A stretch of DNA of 64,000 nucleotides from Clostridia bacterium (GTDB lineage Bacteria > Bacillota > Clostridia > UBA1212 > UBA1255), in assembly GCA_017517275.1 (NCBI GenBank), contig JAFWZX010000034.1, positions 1,145 through 65,144 on the forward strand, given 5' to 3'. The notes beneath the pieces were generated by a model. The model searched no databases, was not told where the DNA came from, and saw only the letters and a program-made list of their open reading frames with translations. Within the stretch, counting starts at the first letter, position 1. Every line of letters begins with the position of its first letter. Of this stretch, positions 10,314 to 20,244 are shown piece after piece. The position numbers and the translations under genes are program-made.

Positions 10314-11783
10314 TTACATTTCACCGTCTAATGACCAGGTTTGGATTCCTGTTATTTTAATATCAATCAGTTTTCCTACAATGTCTTTTTTTGATATTTT
10401 ATTTTCATCAACTATAAAATTAACAATTTTATTTTCAGAGGTTCTGCCGGAAAAATGATTGGGATCGTTTTTGCTGGGGCCGTCAACTAAAACCTCGACG
10501 GTTTTACCAAGATATGTATCATTTATTTCCTTGCATATGGTGTTGTGAGCATCAAGAAGTTTGTTAAAACGGGCTTTGACTGTTTCCTCGTCAATTTGCT
10601 CCGGTGATGAGGCGGCCGGAGTCCCTACACGCGGCGAATAAATAAAAGTATATGCGCTGTCATAACGGACCTGTTTTACAAGAGACAAAGTATCTTCGAA
10701 ATTCTCTTCAGACTCACCGGGAAAGCCCACAATAATATCTGTTGATAAAGCAATGTCAGGCATTTTTGCCCGTATTCTATCTACAAGAGCCAAGTATTGG
10801 TCGCGTGAGTAGCGTCTGTTCATTTTCTTAAGAATCTCAGTAGAACCGGATTGAACCGGAAGGTGGAGCTGATTACAAATCAGGCTGTGGCGTGCCATAA
10901 CGTCGATAAGTTCATCAGACAGATCCTTGGGATGTGAAGTCATGAAACGAATTCGTTTTATGCTGCTCTCCTTATTTGATTCCAATTTCTCACAAATTTC
11001 TTCCAATAACAGGGCAAAGGAGCAAGGCTTTTCGTTGTTTTTTGCCAAATCTTTACCGTAAGAGTTAACGTTTTGGCCTAATAAGGTGATCTCTTTATAT
11101 CCTTCTGCGTCAAGACGCATAATCTCGTTTAGAATATCTTGCGGGGATCTTGATCGTTCGCGACCTCTTACGTACGGAACGATACAATATGAACAGAAGT
11201 TATTACAGCCATACATCACGGTAACCCATGCCTTAGTCTTATCCTCACGTCTGATCGGAAGTCCCTCCGGTACCTCGGCCATTTCACCACGGGTACTGGA
11301 AATGTCGTAGACGTTCCTGCCTGTTTCCAGTGTTTTTTCTAGCATGGCAGGGAAACGGTAGATATCATGTGTGCCGAAAACAAGGTTAACGTGTTTATGC
11401 TTTTTCTTGATAATGTCAACGATATGCGGCTGTTCGGTCATACAGCCGCATACAGCCAAAATCATTCCCGGATTTGAACGTTTAATCATTTTAAGTTCGC
11501 CAAGGCGCCCCAGCACTTTACCTTCTGCATTTTCTCTGATACAGCAGGTGTTAAAAATTACCAGGTCAACCTTATTTTTTTTATAGTCGTCAACGATTGT
11601 GTAACCCATATTCTCAAGCATTCCGGCGAGCTTTTCGCTGTCGTGCTCATTCATCTGACATCCAAGGGTACGCACAACGGCATAGGCCGGGGAGGGTATC
11701 TTGCTCTTTACAGCAGTCATATGATCAAATGCGGCGACAATATCCTTTTCAGGAACAATATTTAAATTGATAAACGTATCCAT
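10314..11783 (-). CDS. miaB: tRNA-2-methylthio-N6-isopentenyladenosine synthase MiaB
   Basis: TLGCQMNEHDSE, NTCCIRENAE, radical SAM GCNNFCSYC, C-terminal TRAM domain. Confidence 0.97.
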   Translation of the reverse strand: MDTFINLNIVPEKDIVAAFDHMTAVKSKIPSPAYAVVRTLGCQMNEHDSEKLAGMLENMGYTIVDDYKKNKVDLVIFNTCCIRENAEGKVLGRLGELKMIKRSNPGMILAVCGCMTEQPHIVDIIKKKHKHVNLVFGTHDIYRFPAMLEKTLETGRNVYDISSTRGEMAEVPEGLPIRREDKTKAWVTVMYGCNNFCSYCIVPYVRGRERSRSPQDILNEIMRLDAEGYKEITLLGQNVNSYGKDLAKNNEKPCSFALLLEEICEKLESNKESSIKRIRFMTSHPKDLSDELIDVMARHSLICNQLHLPVQSGSTEILKKMNRRYSRDQYLALVDRIRAKMPDIALSTDIIVGFPGESEENFEDTLSLVKQVRYDSAYTFIYSPRVGTPAASSPEQIDEETVKARFNKLLDAHNTICKEINDTYLGKTVEVLVDGPSKNDPNHFSGRTSENKIVNFIVDENKISKKDIVGKLIDIKITGIQTWSLDGEM

Positions 11784-11987
11784 TATCTTTACCTCGTAAA
11801 AAAATTTACTGATAAAATATACCATATGCTACATAGTTTTTCAATCATGCATATGACTTACAGAAGTCAATTCTTTGAAGGTGTATATTGACACATTATT
11901 ACGGATATGGAATAATATAACACAAGGAAAAAATAACTATACAATAATATGATAAGTTATAATATAACAAAAAAAGAGGCTCTGACT

Positions 11988-12869
11988 ATGAGAAAAATCG
12001 TTTTGTTTATAATTTTTGCTATAATGCTTTTTCTGGTTTCATGTGATACGAATGTGGCGCCAAATCCCAACTCTACTCCCGGTACATCGCCGCAATTGAC
12101 TGAATATTCGTGCTTTGACACTGAAGATGGATGGCGGGTTGTACTCGGTGAATATCCTAAGATAGACCATTCGGAGTCCGGATGCAGTATTCATCACGAA
12201 CTGGTAACATTTACTTCGCTTATTGAATTGCACCGGCGTTTTATGGATGGGACGTTTGATAGTCATGAGAAAGAATCTTTAGAGGCGTACCTTCCGTATG
12301 ATACAGAGAATAGACTGATAATGTTCAATTTGGATGATATTGCATATCCTGTTTTTCCTGACAGGATAACTTGGAATGATAATGAAGAAATACAGCTTAC
12401 AAGAGAAATAAATCAATCTAGCTTTAGTTCGAAGTTCTACGATGATTTATACGTAGGAAAAGTTTACATGTTCATTACTTCAAGTGATATGGAACAAAAT
12501 ATCAGTGATGTGCGTATTACAAGAGAAAACGCGAAGACATACCAAGCGATAAATGTTTTAAGAAACGGTGATGAATTGCAAAATAATGAATCTGCAATAC
12601 CGATTCTTGTGCAGGGTATTCAGTATGACACTTCTTATGGAGATAAGGGAATTCAAATTTGCTACGAGTTCACGGAAAACAATCTTCAATATTCTGTTTT
12701 CGAAGAATTGGATGTTGATGACAAGACTCTAAAGCATGTGAGAATATACGTATATAATGATAATCATTATTTCTTATATTATGTACCGGCAGAGATGTTT
12801 ATCGGTGAATATCCTACTAGAGAGGAAATTATAACATTTGGCATCAAAATAGAAGCGATGAACGAGTAA
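11988..12869 (+). CDS. Hypothetical lipoprotein
   Basis: Signal peptide with LVSC lipobox; promoter-like TTGACA-17-AATAAT at 11888-11916; no recognisable domain. Confidence 0.7.
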   Translation: MRKIVLFIIFAIMLFLVSCDTNVAPNPNSTPGTSPQLTEYSCFDTEDGWRVVLGEYPKIDHSESGCSIHHELVTFTSLIELHRRFMDGTFDSHEKESLEAYLPYDTENRLIMFNLDDIAYPVFPDRITWNDNEEIQLTREINQSSFSSKFYDDLYVGKVYMFITSSDMEQNISDVRITRENAKTYQAINVLRNGDELQNNESAIPILVQGIQYDTSYGDKGIQICYEFTENNLQYSVFEELDVDDKTLKHVRIYVYNDNHYFLYYVPAEMFIGEYPTREEIITFGIKIEAMNE

Positions 12870-12915
12870 TTGGAGATTATCATTAACAGATACACTATGA
12901 TTTAATTATATTACC

Positions 12916-12959
12916 TATGCTTGACAGTCCGGCTTTTGTTATCCGGACTGTCAAGCATA
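12916..12959. repeat. Perfect 17-bp inverted repeat with 10-nt loop
   Basis: TATGCTTGACAGTCCGG / CCGGACTGTCAAGCATA; no U-tract. Confidence 0.9.
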
Positions 12960-13028
12960 TGACTCTTGAAAAAAAGTCCCGTGTTGAGATACAATATATT
13001 TTTGTAATCGTACGTAAGGAGGACTATC

Positions 13029-13652
13029 GTGAAAAAATACGTCATAAAAAAAGTTTCCCACAGAAATATTGATTGGGAAAAAATAGAAAAAGGTAATATC
13101 GACTTATATCCCTGGGGAGATAAATACGCACCCAAGGCTTTTTTTAAGCTTGTTTATATAGAAAATGAAGGTTTTATCCTAAGGCTTACGTGCGAGGAGG
13201 AAAATCCAAAAACAAAATATGACAATTATATGGATCCGGTATATTGTGATAGCTGCATGGAATTTTTTGCCGACTACTCGGGTGAAAAGCCTAGTTTTTC
13301 AAGTCTGCCGGGCTACATAAACTACGAGCTGAACTCTAAAGGAACTCTTCTAAGTGCGGTTGGCAACAACCGAAATGATCGCATACCTCTAATTGACATC
13401 ACAAATGAGCTTCCGGAAATAAAAGCATATAAAGGACAAAAAGAATGGAGTGTGGAAGTATTCACGCCTTTTCACCTGCTTAAAAAAGTGTATAAATACA
13501 GTGAGTTTACATCAGGATATACATTTTACGGAAATGCATACAAGTGTGGCGACGAATGTGAAAAGCCTCATTACGGCATGTGGAATTTAATTGAAAAAAC
13601 TACACCGGATTACCATATTCCGGCTTTTTTTGGTGAATTTCACATGGAATAA
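13029..13652 (+). CDS. CBM9-like (DOMON-like) carbohydrate-binding family protein
   Basis: VYCDSCMEFF, YINYELN..GT, GNAYKCGD...PHY..W....PDYH.P.FFG motifs. Confidence 0.8.
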   Translation: MKKYVIKKVSHRNIDWEKIEKGNIDLYPWGDKYAPKAFFKLVYIENEGFILRLTCEEENPKTKYDNYMDPVYCDSCMEFFADYSGEKPSFSSLPGYINYELNSKGTLLSAVGNNRNDRIPLIDITNELPEIKAYKGQKEWSVEVFTPFHLLKKVYKYSEFTSGYTFYGNAYKCGDECEKPHYGMWNLIEKTTPDYHIPAFFGEFHME

Positions 13653-13745
13653 GGTTGCATTGAATATTCAAATATAATATAATCTGTGGGTTGAGGTATT
13701 ACTCAATGTAAATGTATAAAATATTTTTGAGAGGACGAAACGAAA

Positions 13746-14594
13746 ATGAAAAAAATTATCGCTGTAGTTTTATGTGTAGTTCTGGCTTTAGCATGTGTAG
13801 GCATGACTTCCTGCGGAGATGCAGCAGACAAGCAGAGCGTGGATGCAATTAAAAAAGCAGGTAAACTTACTATGTATACAAACGCTGAATTCCCTCCTTT
13901 TGAATATATGGATGGTACTGAAGTAAAAGGCGTTGACGTTGATATTGCTCAGGCAATTGCTGACAAATTAGGCGTAAAGCTTGAAATACATAACGTTAAA
14001 TTCGATACTATTATCGGTTCTATTCAGTCCGGTAAAGGTTCTATCGGAGCTGCAGGTATCACCGTTATTGAAGAGAGAAAAGAGAGCGTTGATTTCTCAA
14101 TTGAATATACAACAAGTAAGCAGTATATCATTGTTGCAGCTGATTCTACCGTTGCTAAGATTGAAGATCTTGCAGGTATGAAGATTGGTGTTCAGCTTGG
14201 TACAACAGGTGATTTCATTATCACAGATGAGATTAACGGCTACGAAGACGGTGACGGAAAGGCTGTTAAGGGAGTACTTCAGGATACAGGCGCAAGCGTT
14301 ACTACGTACAACAGTGCGGCAGATGCAGCTATCGCTCTTAACTCAGGCAAGATTCAGGCTGTAGTAATCGACAAACTTCCTGCTGAGATCATTGCAGGAA
14401 ACTATGAAAACCTTAAGGCAATTGAGCTTGTATATGCAGACGGCAGCAACACAGAAGAGTCATATGCTATCTGCGTAGCTAAGGGTAACGAGTCACTTCT
14501 CAAGGTTATAAATGAAGTTATCGAAGAACTCAAAGCTAATGGTAAGATTGACGAATTCGTAATCAAGCACACAGGCGCAGCTTCTGAAAAATAA
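13746..14594 (+). CDS. Polar amino-acid ABC transporter substrate-binding lipoprotein
   Basis: TNAEFPPFEY, GVDVDIA, IGVQLGTTGD; lipobox. Confidence 0.93.
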   Translation: MKKIIAVVLCVVLALACVGMTSCGDAADKQSVDAIKKAGKLTMYTNAEFPPFEYMDGTEVKGVDVDIAQAIADKLGVKLEIHNVKFDTIIGSIQSGKGSIGAAGITVIEERKESVDFSIEYTTSKQYIIVAADSTVAKIEDLAGMKIGVQLGTTGDFIITDEINGYEDGDGKAVKGVLQDTGASVTTYNSAADAAIALNSGKIQAVVIDKLPAEIIAGNYENLKAIELVYADGSNTEESYAICVAKGNESLLKVINEVIEELKANGKIDEFVIKHTGAASEK

Positions 14595-14625
14595 TTTAAT
14601 TTCTTAGAAAAAGGTTGGTTCAGGT

Positions 14626-15333
14626 ATGGAGTTCATAAATTATCTTACTGAAATGTTTGAAAAAACATTTATAAGAGATGATCGATATAAGTTATTTTTA
14701 GAAGGCTTTAAAAATACTCTTGTTATCGCAGTTTTTGCAACACTATTGGGTGTTGTTATCGGTTTGATTGTTGCAGTAGTAAAGGTTTGGTACAAGCAGT
14801 ATCCCAAGAACGTATTGCTTAAAATTCTAAACTTTATTGCAGAAATATACACAACCATTATCCGAGGAACCCCTGTTGTTGTACAACTTATGCTCTCCTA
14901 CTTCGTTATTTTTGCCGCATCGGATAAAGCAGTCCTGGTTGGTATTATAGCTTTCAGCTTTAACTCAGGTGCGTACGTATCCGAAATCATTCGAGCAGGA
15001 ATAAATGCTGTGGATAAAGGCCAAACAGAGGCCGGCAGATCGCTCGGTCTGTCTCAAAGCAGAACAATGATCAGTATTGTTTTACCGCAGGCATTTAAAA
15101 ATATTCTTCCGGCTCTTGGCAACGAATTTATCGCAATTTTGAAGGAAACGTCAGTCATCGGATATCTTGGTGTTGTTGACTTGACAAAAGCAGGCGAGAT
15201 GGTAAGATCCCGTACGGCTGACGCTTTCTTCTGTCTTATTTTTGTGGCTGCAGTTTACCTTGTTTTGGTACTCGGCTTATCAGCATTGTTCAAGAAAATG
15301 GAAAAGAGGATGTCTAAAAGTGATAGAGGTTAA
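14626..15333 (+). CDS. Amino-acid ABC transporter permease
   Basis: [33 protein letters not shown]. Confidence 0.95.
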   Translation: MEFINYLTEMFEKTFIRDDRYKLFLEGFKNTLVIAVFATLLGVVIGLIVAVVKVWYKQYPKNVLLKILNFIAEIYTTIIRGTPVVVQLMLSYFVIFAASDKAVLVGIIAFSFNSGAYVSEIIRAGINAVDKGQTEAGRSLGLSQSRTMISIVLPQAFKNILPALGNEFIAILKETSVIGYLGVVDLTKAGEMVRSRTADAFFCLIFVAAVYLVLVLGLSALFKKMEKRMSKSDRG

Positions 15334-16045
15334 AGATTTATACAAAACGTTTGATAATAAAAAAATGGTTTTAAACGGCATCACTGAGACGATCCACCAA
15401 GGGGAGAAGGTCGTTATCATCGGACCTTCCGGCTCAGGCAAAAGTACATTTTTGCGTTGCCTTAATCTGCTTGAACAGCCTACAAAAGGCAATATATTTT
15501 TTAAAGGCGTTGATATAACAGACCCTAAGACGGATATTAATAAACTCCGTCAGCAGATGGGTATGGTTTTTCAGCACTTTAATCTCTTTCCTCATATGAG
15601 CATTCTGGAAAATATTTCCTTTGCGCCCATTAAACTTAAATTACAATCGAAAGAACAGGCCCTGGAGAATGCAAATAAATTGCTAAAACGAATTGGCCTT
15701 TCAGATAAAGTTAAAAGCTATCCTAATCAGCTGTCCGGCGGACAGAAGCAAAGAGTTGCTATTGTCAGAGCCCTTGCTATGAATCCATCTGTTATGCTGT
15801 TTGACGAGCCTACGTCGGCCCTCGATCCGGAAATGGTTGGCGAGGTTCTTGAACTTATGAAGGAGCTGGCAGAAGACGGTATGACTATGGCTGTCGTTAC
15901 TCATGAAATGGGTTTTGCCAAAGAAGTTGCAAATCGCGTTTTATTCATGGACGAAGGAGCTATAATAGAGCAGGGTACGCCCGACGAGATTTTCAATCAT
16001 CCGACGAACCAGCGTACACAGGATTTTCTTGCGAAAGTTTTATAA
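15320..16045 (+). CDS. Amino-acid ABC transporter ATP-binding protein (GlnQ type)
   Basis: [31 protein letters not shown]; GTG start overlaps permease end. Confidence 0.95.
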   Translation: MIEVKDLYKTFDNKKMVLNGITETIHQGEKVVIIGPSGSGKSTFLRCLNLLEQPTKGNIFFKGVDITDPKTDINKLRQQMGMVFQHFNLFPHMSILENISFAPIKLKLQSKEQALENANKLLKRIGLSDKVKSYPNQLSGGQKQRVAIVRALAMNPSVMLFDEPTSALDPEMVGEVLELMKELAEDGMTMAVVTHEMGFAKEVANRVLFMDEGAIIEQGTPDEIFNHPTNQRTQDFLAKVL

Positions 16046-16063
16046 TATTTTTTGGGGTGCATT

Positions 16064-16882
16064 TTGGATATCGAAAATGAGAGCTATAAAATCAAATTAG
16101 ATGTTTTCGAAGGCCCCTTTGACCTTTTGCTCACACTTTTAGAAAAAAATAAAATCGATATAGTTGATATTAACATATGTGCTATTGCCGACCAATATCT
16201 GGAAATTCTTAAAGATAATTTCGACATGGATATTGCTTCGGAATTCCTTGTCATGGCATCGATTTTGCTACGCTTAAAATCTAAACGGTTGCTTCCGCAA
16301 GAGGAGAAAGAAGAAGAGGAAATTTCCGAAGAAGAGCTTATCAGACGACTTGAGGAATATAAAAAGTATAAAGACATAACTCCTCGAATAACGGAAATGT
16401 ACAGTCATTGGACGAAAGCACACTATAAAATGCCGGAAAAAATTAATTTTACTAAACGTTATCTTCCGATTGCTATAGACGTTGACAAACTTGCCGACTG
16501 TTATTCAAATATTCAGATACGCTTTCAGGACAAGCATAATGACAATAAAGAGAAAATGGACGATATTCTTAAAACGGAAAAAGTCAGCCTGCGAGCAAAA
16601 ATGCATCAGGTTGTAGGTCATATCGTAAAAAAAATTAAAACAACATTTTCCTCTATTTTCTCTAAAAAAGAAAGTAAGGCTGAGATTGTAACCGGTTTCC
16701 TGGCAGTGTTGGAATTAGATAAACGTAAGAAAATTCTGATTCAACAAGAGGAAAATTTTGGAGAAATTACGATTACTCCGGGATCTGATATTGATACTGA
16801 AGATGATTACCTTAATATGGAGGAAGCCGGGGATTTTGAAAATGATGGGGAGGAAGAATTATGGAATCAATCACAGAATTAA
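16064..16882 (+). CDS. scpA: Segregation and condensation protein A
   Basis: FEGPFDLLL, ASEFLVMAS.LL.LKS..LLP, FLAVLEL. Confidence 0.93.
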   Translation: MDIENESYKIKLDVFEGPFDLLLTLLEKNKIDIVDINICAIADQYLEILKDNFDMDIASEFLVMASILLRLKSKRLLPQEEKEEEEISEEELIRRLEEYKKYKDITPRITEMYSHWTKAHYKMPEKINFTKRYLPIAIDVDKLADCYSNIQIRFQDKHNDNKEKMDDILKTEKVSLRAKMHQVVGHIVKKIKTTFSSIFSKKESKAEIVTGFLAVLELDKRKKILIQQEENFGEITITPGSDIDTEDDYLNMEEAGDFENDGEEELWNQSQN

Positions 16883-17430
16883 AATATAGTAAGAATGAAG
16901 CTATAATGGAAGCTCTTTTATTTGCAACCGGTGAAAAGGTTACGATAGAAGAGTTATCAATAGTTTTAAAGCTTACCCATAAGGAAACGCAAAACGTTGC
17001 ACAGCGCCTTATGTCCCGTTACGAAAACCGTTCCGGCGGGGTGATTATGCGCAAAGTTACCGACGGATATATTTTATCTACGAAGCCGGAATTACATGAG
17101 GATATTCGTGAATATTTTGATTTTGCCTCTATGTCTTCCTTAAGCCGTGCCGCTATGGAAACGTTATCTATTATTGCATATAATCAACCTGTAACAAGAG
17201 CCGGAATAGAGATGGTCCGCGGTGTGAACAGCGACGGAGTTCTGGCAAAGCTTCTCGAACGGGGCCTTGTTTGTGAAAAGGGACGCAAAGATTCACCCGG
17301 TCGCCCGATGCTTTACGGAACTACAGATTTATTCTTAAAAAGTATCGGAGTTGAAGATTTATCTCAATTGCCGCCGGTCGTTATGGCTGAGGCTGTTGAG
17401 ACTCCTGATTCTGAGACTGCTTTGATATAA
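16861..17430 (+). CDS. scpB: Segregation and condensation protein B
   Basis: EALLFA, LSRAAMETLSIIAYNQPVTR, GRPMLYGTT. Confidence 0.95.
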   Translation: MESITELKYSKNEAIMEALLFATGEKVTIEELSIVLKLTHKETQNVAQRLMSRYENRSGGVIMRKVTDGYILSTKPELHEDIREYFDFASMSSLSRAAMETLSIIAYNQPVTRAGIEMVRGVNSDGVLAKLLERGLVCEKGRKDSPGRPMLYGTTDLFLKSIGVEDLSQLPPVVMAEAVETPDSETALI

Positions 17431-17839
17431 GGTCTTTGAGCATGCCTGTAATTTTATCTACAACGCCGGGAAGAGTATCAATTAGCTTTTCCGGCGTTGT
17501 TTTTTTATCTATTGTTACAAGTTGAACTTGACCTTCTTGAATATTCTGGGAATTCGGTGCAAAGACAAAGGCAATGGGAGTGATGGAAACGCCGGCTGCC
17601 GTACCGCCTGCAAAAGGATATTTCACCGGAGTAATAAAATTATCGTCAAGTTGCTCTTTTTGCTTCATAGAAGAATATTGTCCGCCTCCTGCCGCCAAAC
17701 CAAAGCTCACCTTTGATATGGGAATAATCGTCGCACCATCCGGAGTCTGAACGGGATTTCCTACGATTGTGTCCACGTCAATCATTTCTTTAAGATTAGT
17801 CATAGACGTTATCATAACGTCGTTTATAGGATTATCCAT
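17381..17839 (-). CDS. gerW: GerW/YtfJ sporulation-germination protein
   Basis: MIDVDTIVG.P, IIPISKVSFG.A.GG, GG...GVSITP.AF. Confidence 0.9.
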   Translation of the reverse strand: MDNPINDVMITSMTNLKEMIDVDTIVGNPVQTPDGATIIPISKVSFGLAAGGGQYSSMKQKEQLDDNFITPVKYPFAGGTAAGVSITPIAFVFAPNSQNIQEGQVQLVTIDKKTTPEKLIDTLPGVVDKITGMLKDLISKQSQNQESQQPQP

Positions 17840-18325
17840 TTATTTACTTCTCCTTATTTTAATTACTGCTCTGATGAGAGCAAATATAATATGTGCAAGA
17901 TTGAAGTGCAGTATGCATTGTAATCTGCCATTTGCTGAATTTAATTGATAGTTTCCGCATATATTTACGTAATCTACGTTAAAATCATAGAATTTCGGAG
18001 ATAAGAAAGATATTAAATTGCCAAGCAGTATCTGCATAAGGCCAATTGACATAGTTGTACAATAAGCATCATTAACACCCAAGGCAGCATCTATCCGAAG
18101 AGAAGAGATTTGAATTATCTGCGTTATACTAAGAGCGTTATTGTAAATAGCACCGATTTTGCGATTTTTCACGATTTTACTTACAATTCTCTTGAGTAAA
18201 GAAGGCTTGTCGGGGAGTGATCGATATATTTTTATCGGAATTAAGAAAAAGCGAAAGCGCAGTCCGTAAGACAGCGTCGTCGGAGAAGATGATAGATCAG
18301 TGTATAAAGAGAAAATAATTTTAAT
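17840..18325 (-). CDS. DUF2953/YtfI-like protein (start uncertain: GTG 18172 or ATT 18325)
   Basis: LGVNDAYCTTMSIG resembles the DUF2953 G..DA..T motif; directly upstream of gerW as in ytfI-ytfJ. Confidence 0.6.
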   Translation of the reverse strand: MKIIFSLYTDLSSSPTTLSYGLRFRFFLIPIKIYRSLPDKPSLLKRIVSKIVKNRKIGAIYNNALSITQIIQISSLRIDAALGVNDAYCTTMSIGLMQILLGNLISFLSPKFYDFNVDYVNICGNYQLNSANGRLQCILHFNLAHIIFALIRAVIKIRRSK

Positions 18326-19157
18326 TTGCTATTTCACCCTTTACTACGCGCTCAATGCCCGATAAATCTTTTATTATTTCAATATTCCGGAAGCTCTTTG
18401 ACATTAGATCCGCAACCCGGTGTGCTTGTGTATAGCCTACTTCAAAAGCAAGCGTTCCGCCTTCTGCAAGATAATCCGGTGCATGTGAAATAAGCTGTCT
18501 GTATGCGTCCAGACCGTCTAATCCTCCGTCTAAAGCAAGATGAGGTTCATAGTCCCGTACTTGAGGCATAAGCTCGCTGATGTCACCCTTCTCAATATAC
18601 GGGGGATTTGATACTATAATGTCAAATTTGTCATTATTAGCGTCGAAAGCGGAAAAAAAATCAGATTCAATAAAAGAAACGCGCTTTTCATAAAGATTTT
18701 GAGCATTGCGTTGGGCAACGGAAAGTGCCTTTGCGGAAATATCGGCACAAACAGCATTGTATTTTTTACCTGGAAGCTCGTGGAGAATTCCAAGTGCGAT
18801 GGCTCCGCTTCCTGTACACATATCAAGGATTTTACTGTACCCATTATTGCGGATTGCGGCAAGTGCTACGAGAACAAGCGTCTCTGTGTCGCTCCGCGGA
18901 ATAAGAACATCCGGCGTTACAGTAAGGCGAATATTCATAAAATCCGCATAGCCAAGGATATATTGTATCGGCTCGTTTTTTGAAAGTCTGCTCATATATT
19001 CACGTAATACAGACTCTTGATTGTCGGTTAGTGGCAGATTAACGTGGGTAAATAAATAAGATCTGGGCACCTTCAAAAGGTGGCCCAGAATCATATCTGC
19101 ACATTGGGAGTCATCAGTTATTTGAATCAGTTGAGATTTCGCTTGATGTATCGTCAT
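18321..19157 (-). CDS. prmC: Release factor glutamine methyltransferase
   Basis: EPIQYILG, VLIPRSDTE, DMCTGSGAI, SNPPYI, ALDGGLDGL. Confidence 0.96.
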   Translation of the reverse strand: MTIHQAKSQLIQITDDSQCADMILGHLLKVPRSYLFTHVNLPLTDNQESVLREYMSRLSKNEPIQYILGYADFMNIRLTVTPDVLIPRSDTETLVLVALAAIRNNGYSKILDMCTGSGAIALGILHELPGKKYNAVCADISAKALSVAQRNAQNLYEKRVSFIESDFFSAFDANNDKFDIIVSNPPYIEKGDISELMPQVRDYEPHLALDGGLDGLDAYRQLISHAPDYLAEGGTLAFEVGYTQAHRVADLMSKSFRNIEIIKDLSGIERVVKGEIAN

Positions 19158-20178
19158 GTTCTTCAGTATTACCGTTATCGTCGTTTTCTATGCAAGAATC
19201 TTCCTCGGGATGCGCTTTAATAACGTATTCACAGCAAGGAACTTCATTCTCACCCTCAAATTCCAAGGCTTTCTTAAGTGCTACAATAGCAACTTCTATC
19301 ATATCATCATCAGGTTCTTTTGTTGTAAATCTCTGCATAGCCATGCCGGGGGCACGGAGAATTCTGGTAATAATATTATTATGTAAACTGGCGATTCTGT
19401 TAAACTCATAAGCAATACCGGCAACAATCGGTAAGGCAAGGACTCTAAGACCCATGTTTGCAAAAACGTTGCCAAAACGTGGAAGCAGTGAGTATACAAT
19501 AATACTTATAACCATTACTACAAAAAGGAATGCGGTGCCGCATCTTGGATGATGCTTAGAATATTTACGGACATTCTCAACCGTAAGCTCATCTTCATGC
19601 TCAAAGCAGTGAATGGTCTTGTGCTCTGCGCCGTGATACATATAAACTCTTTTGATATCCTTCATCAAAGTAACAAGAATCATATACCCAAAGAAAAGAA
19701 TAATACGAATGCCTCCTTCAAACAGGTTATATAAAACCTTTGGAGCCGTCTTTGGAATGATAAGCGAAGAAAGGAAATTAGGTAATAAGAAGAATAATCC
19801 TACTGAAAAGGCAAGAGCAATAAGCAGCGAAAAAAACATCATAACACCCATTGCTTTCTCGCCGGGAGCAGACGTCTTGCCGTCCTCGCTTTCTTCTTCC
19901 ATTGCAATATCAGCAGAATAGAAAAGAGCTTTCATACCTCTGACCATTGAAGAAATAAGAGCAACACCGCCTCTGATTATCGGCCAACCGAGTACTGTAT
20001 ATTTTCTCGTCAGAAGCTCAATCTTCTCCGTCTTAACAACAAGATCGCCCTTCGGATTACGCACAACTTCCGCCATTCCGTTTGGTGCAAGCATCATTAT
20101 ACCTTCCATCAACGCCTGTCCGCCTACGGAACAAATTCTCTTTCCTTCAGTCATTTTTATTTTTTTATCTTTAGCCAT
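19114..20178 (-). CDS. DUF1385 (YqhQ-like) membrane protein
   Basis: GGQALMEGIMM, YHGAEHKTIHC, HPRCGTAF, TTKEPDD; typical position upstream of prmC. Confidence 0.9.
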   Translation of the reverse strand: MAKDKKIKMTEGKRICSVGGQALMEGIMMLAPNGMAEVVRNPKGDLVVKTEKIELLTRKYTVLGWPIIRGGVALISSMVRGMKALFYSADIAMEEESEDGKTSAPGEKAMGVMMFFSLLIALAFSVGLFFLLPNFLSSLIIPKTAPKVLYNLFEGGIRIILFFGYMILVTLMKDIKRVYMYHGAEHKTIHCFEHEDELTVENVRKYSKHHPRCGTAFLFVVMVISIIVYSLLPRFGNVFANMGLRVLALPIVAGIAYEFNRIASLHNNIITRILRAPGMAMQRFTTKEPDDDMIEVAIVALKKALEFEGENEVPCCEYVIKAHPEEDSCIENDDNGNTEEHDDTSSEISTDSNN

Positions 20179-20244
20179 TATAAGCGTCCTCCCGAATAAA
20201 TGCATATATTAATCAGTATATAACGAATATATTAAAAAATCAAT

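Noticed and set aside
13655-13671. TGCAT-TGAAT-ATTCA, ARG-box-like palindrome before the amino-acid ABC operon
   Set aside because: Spacing is one base off the ArgR consensus and there is no clear tandem second box
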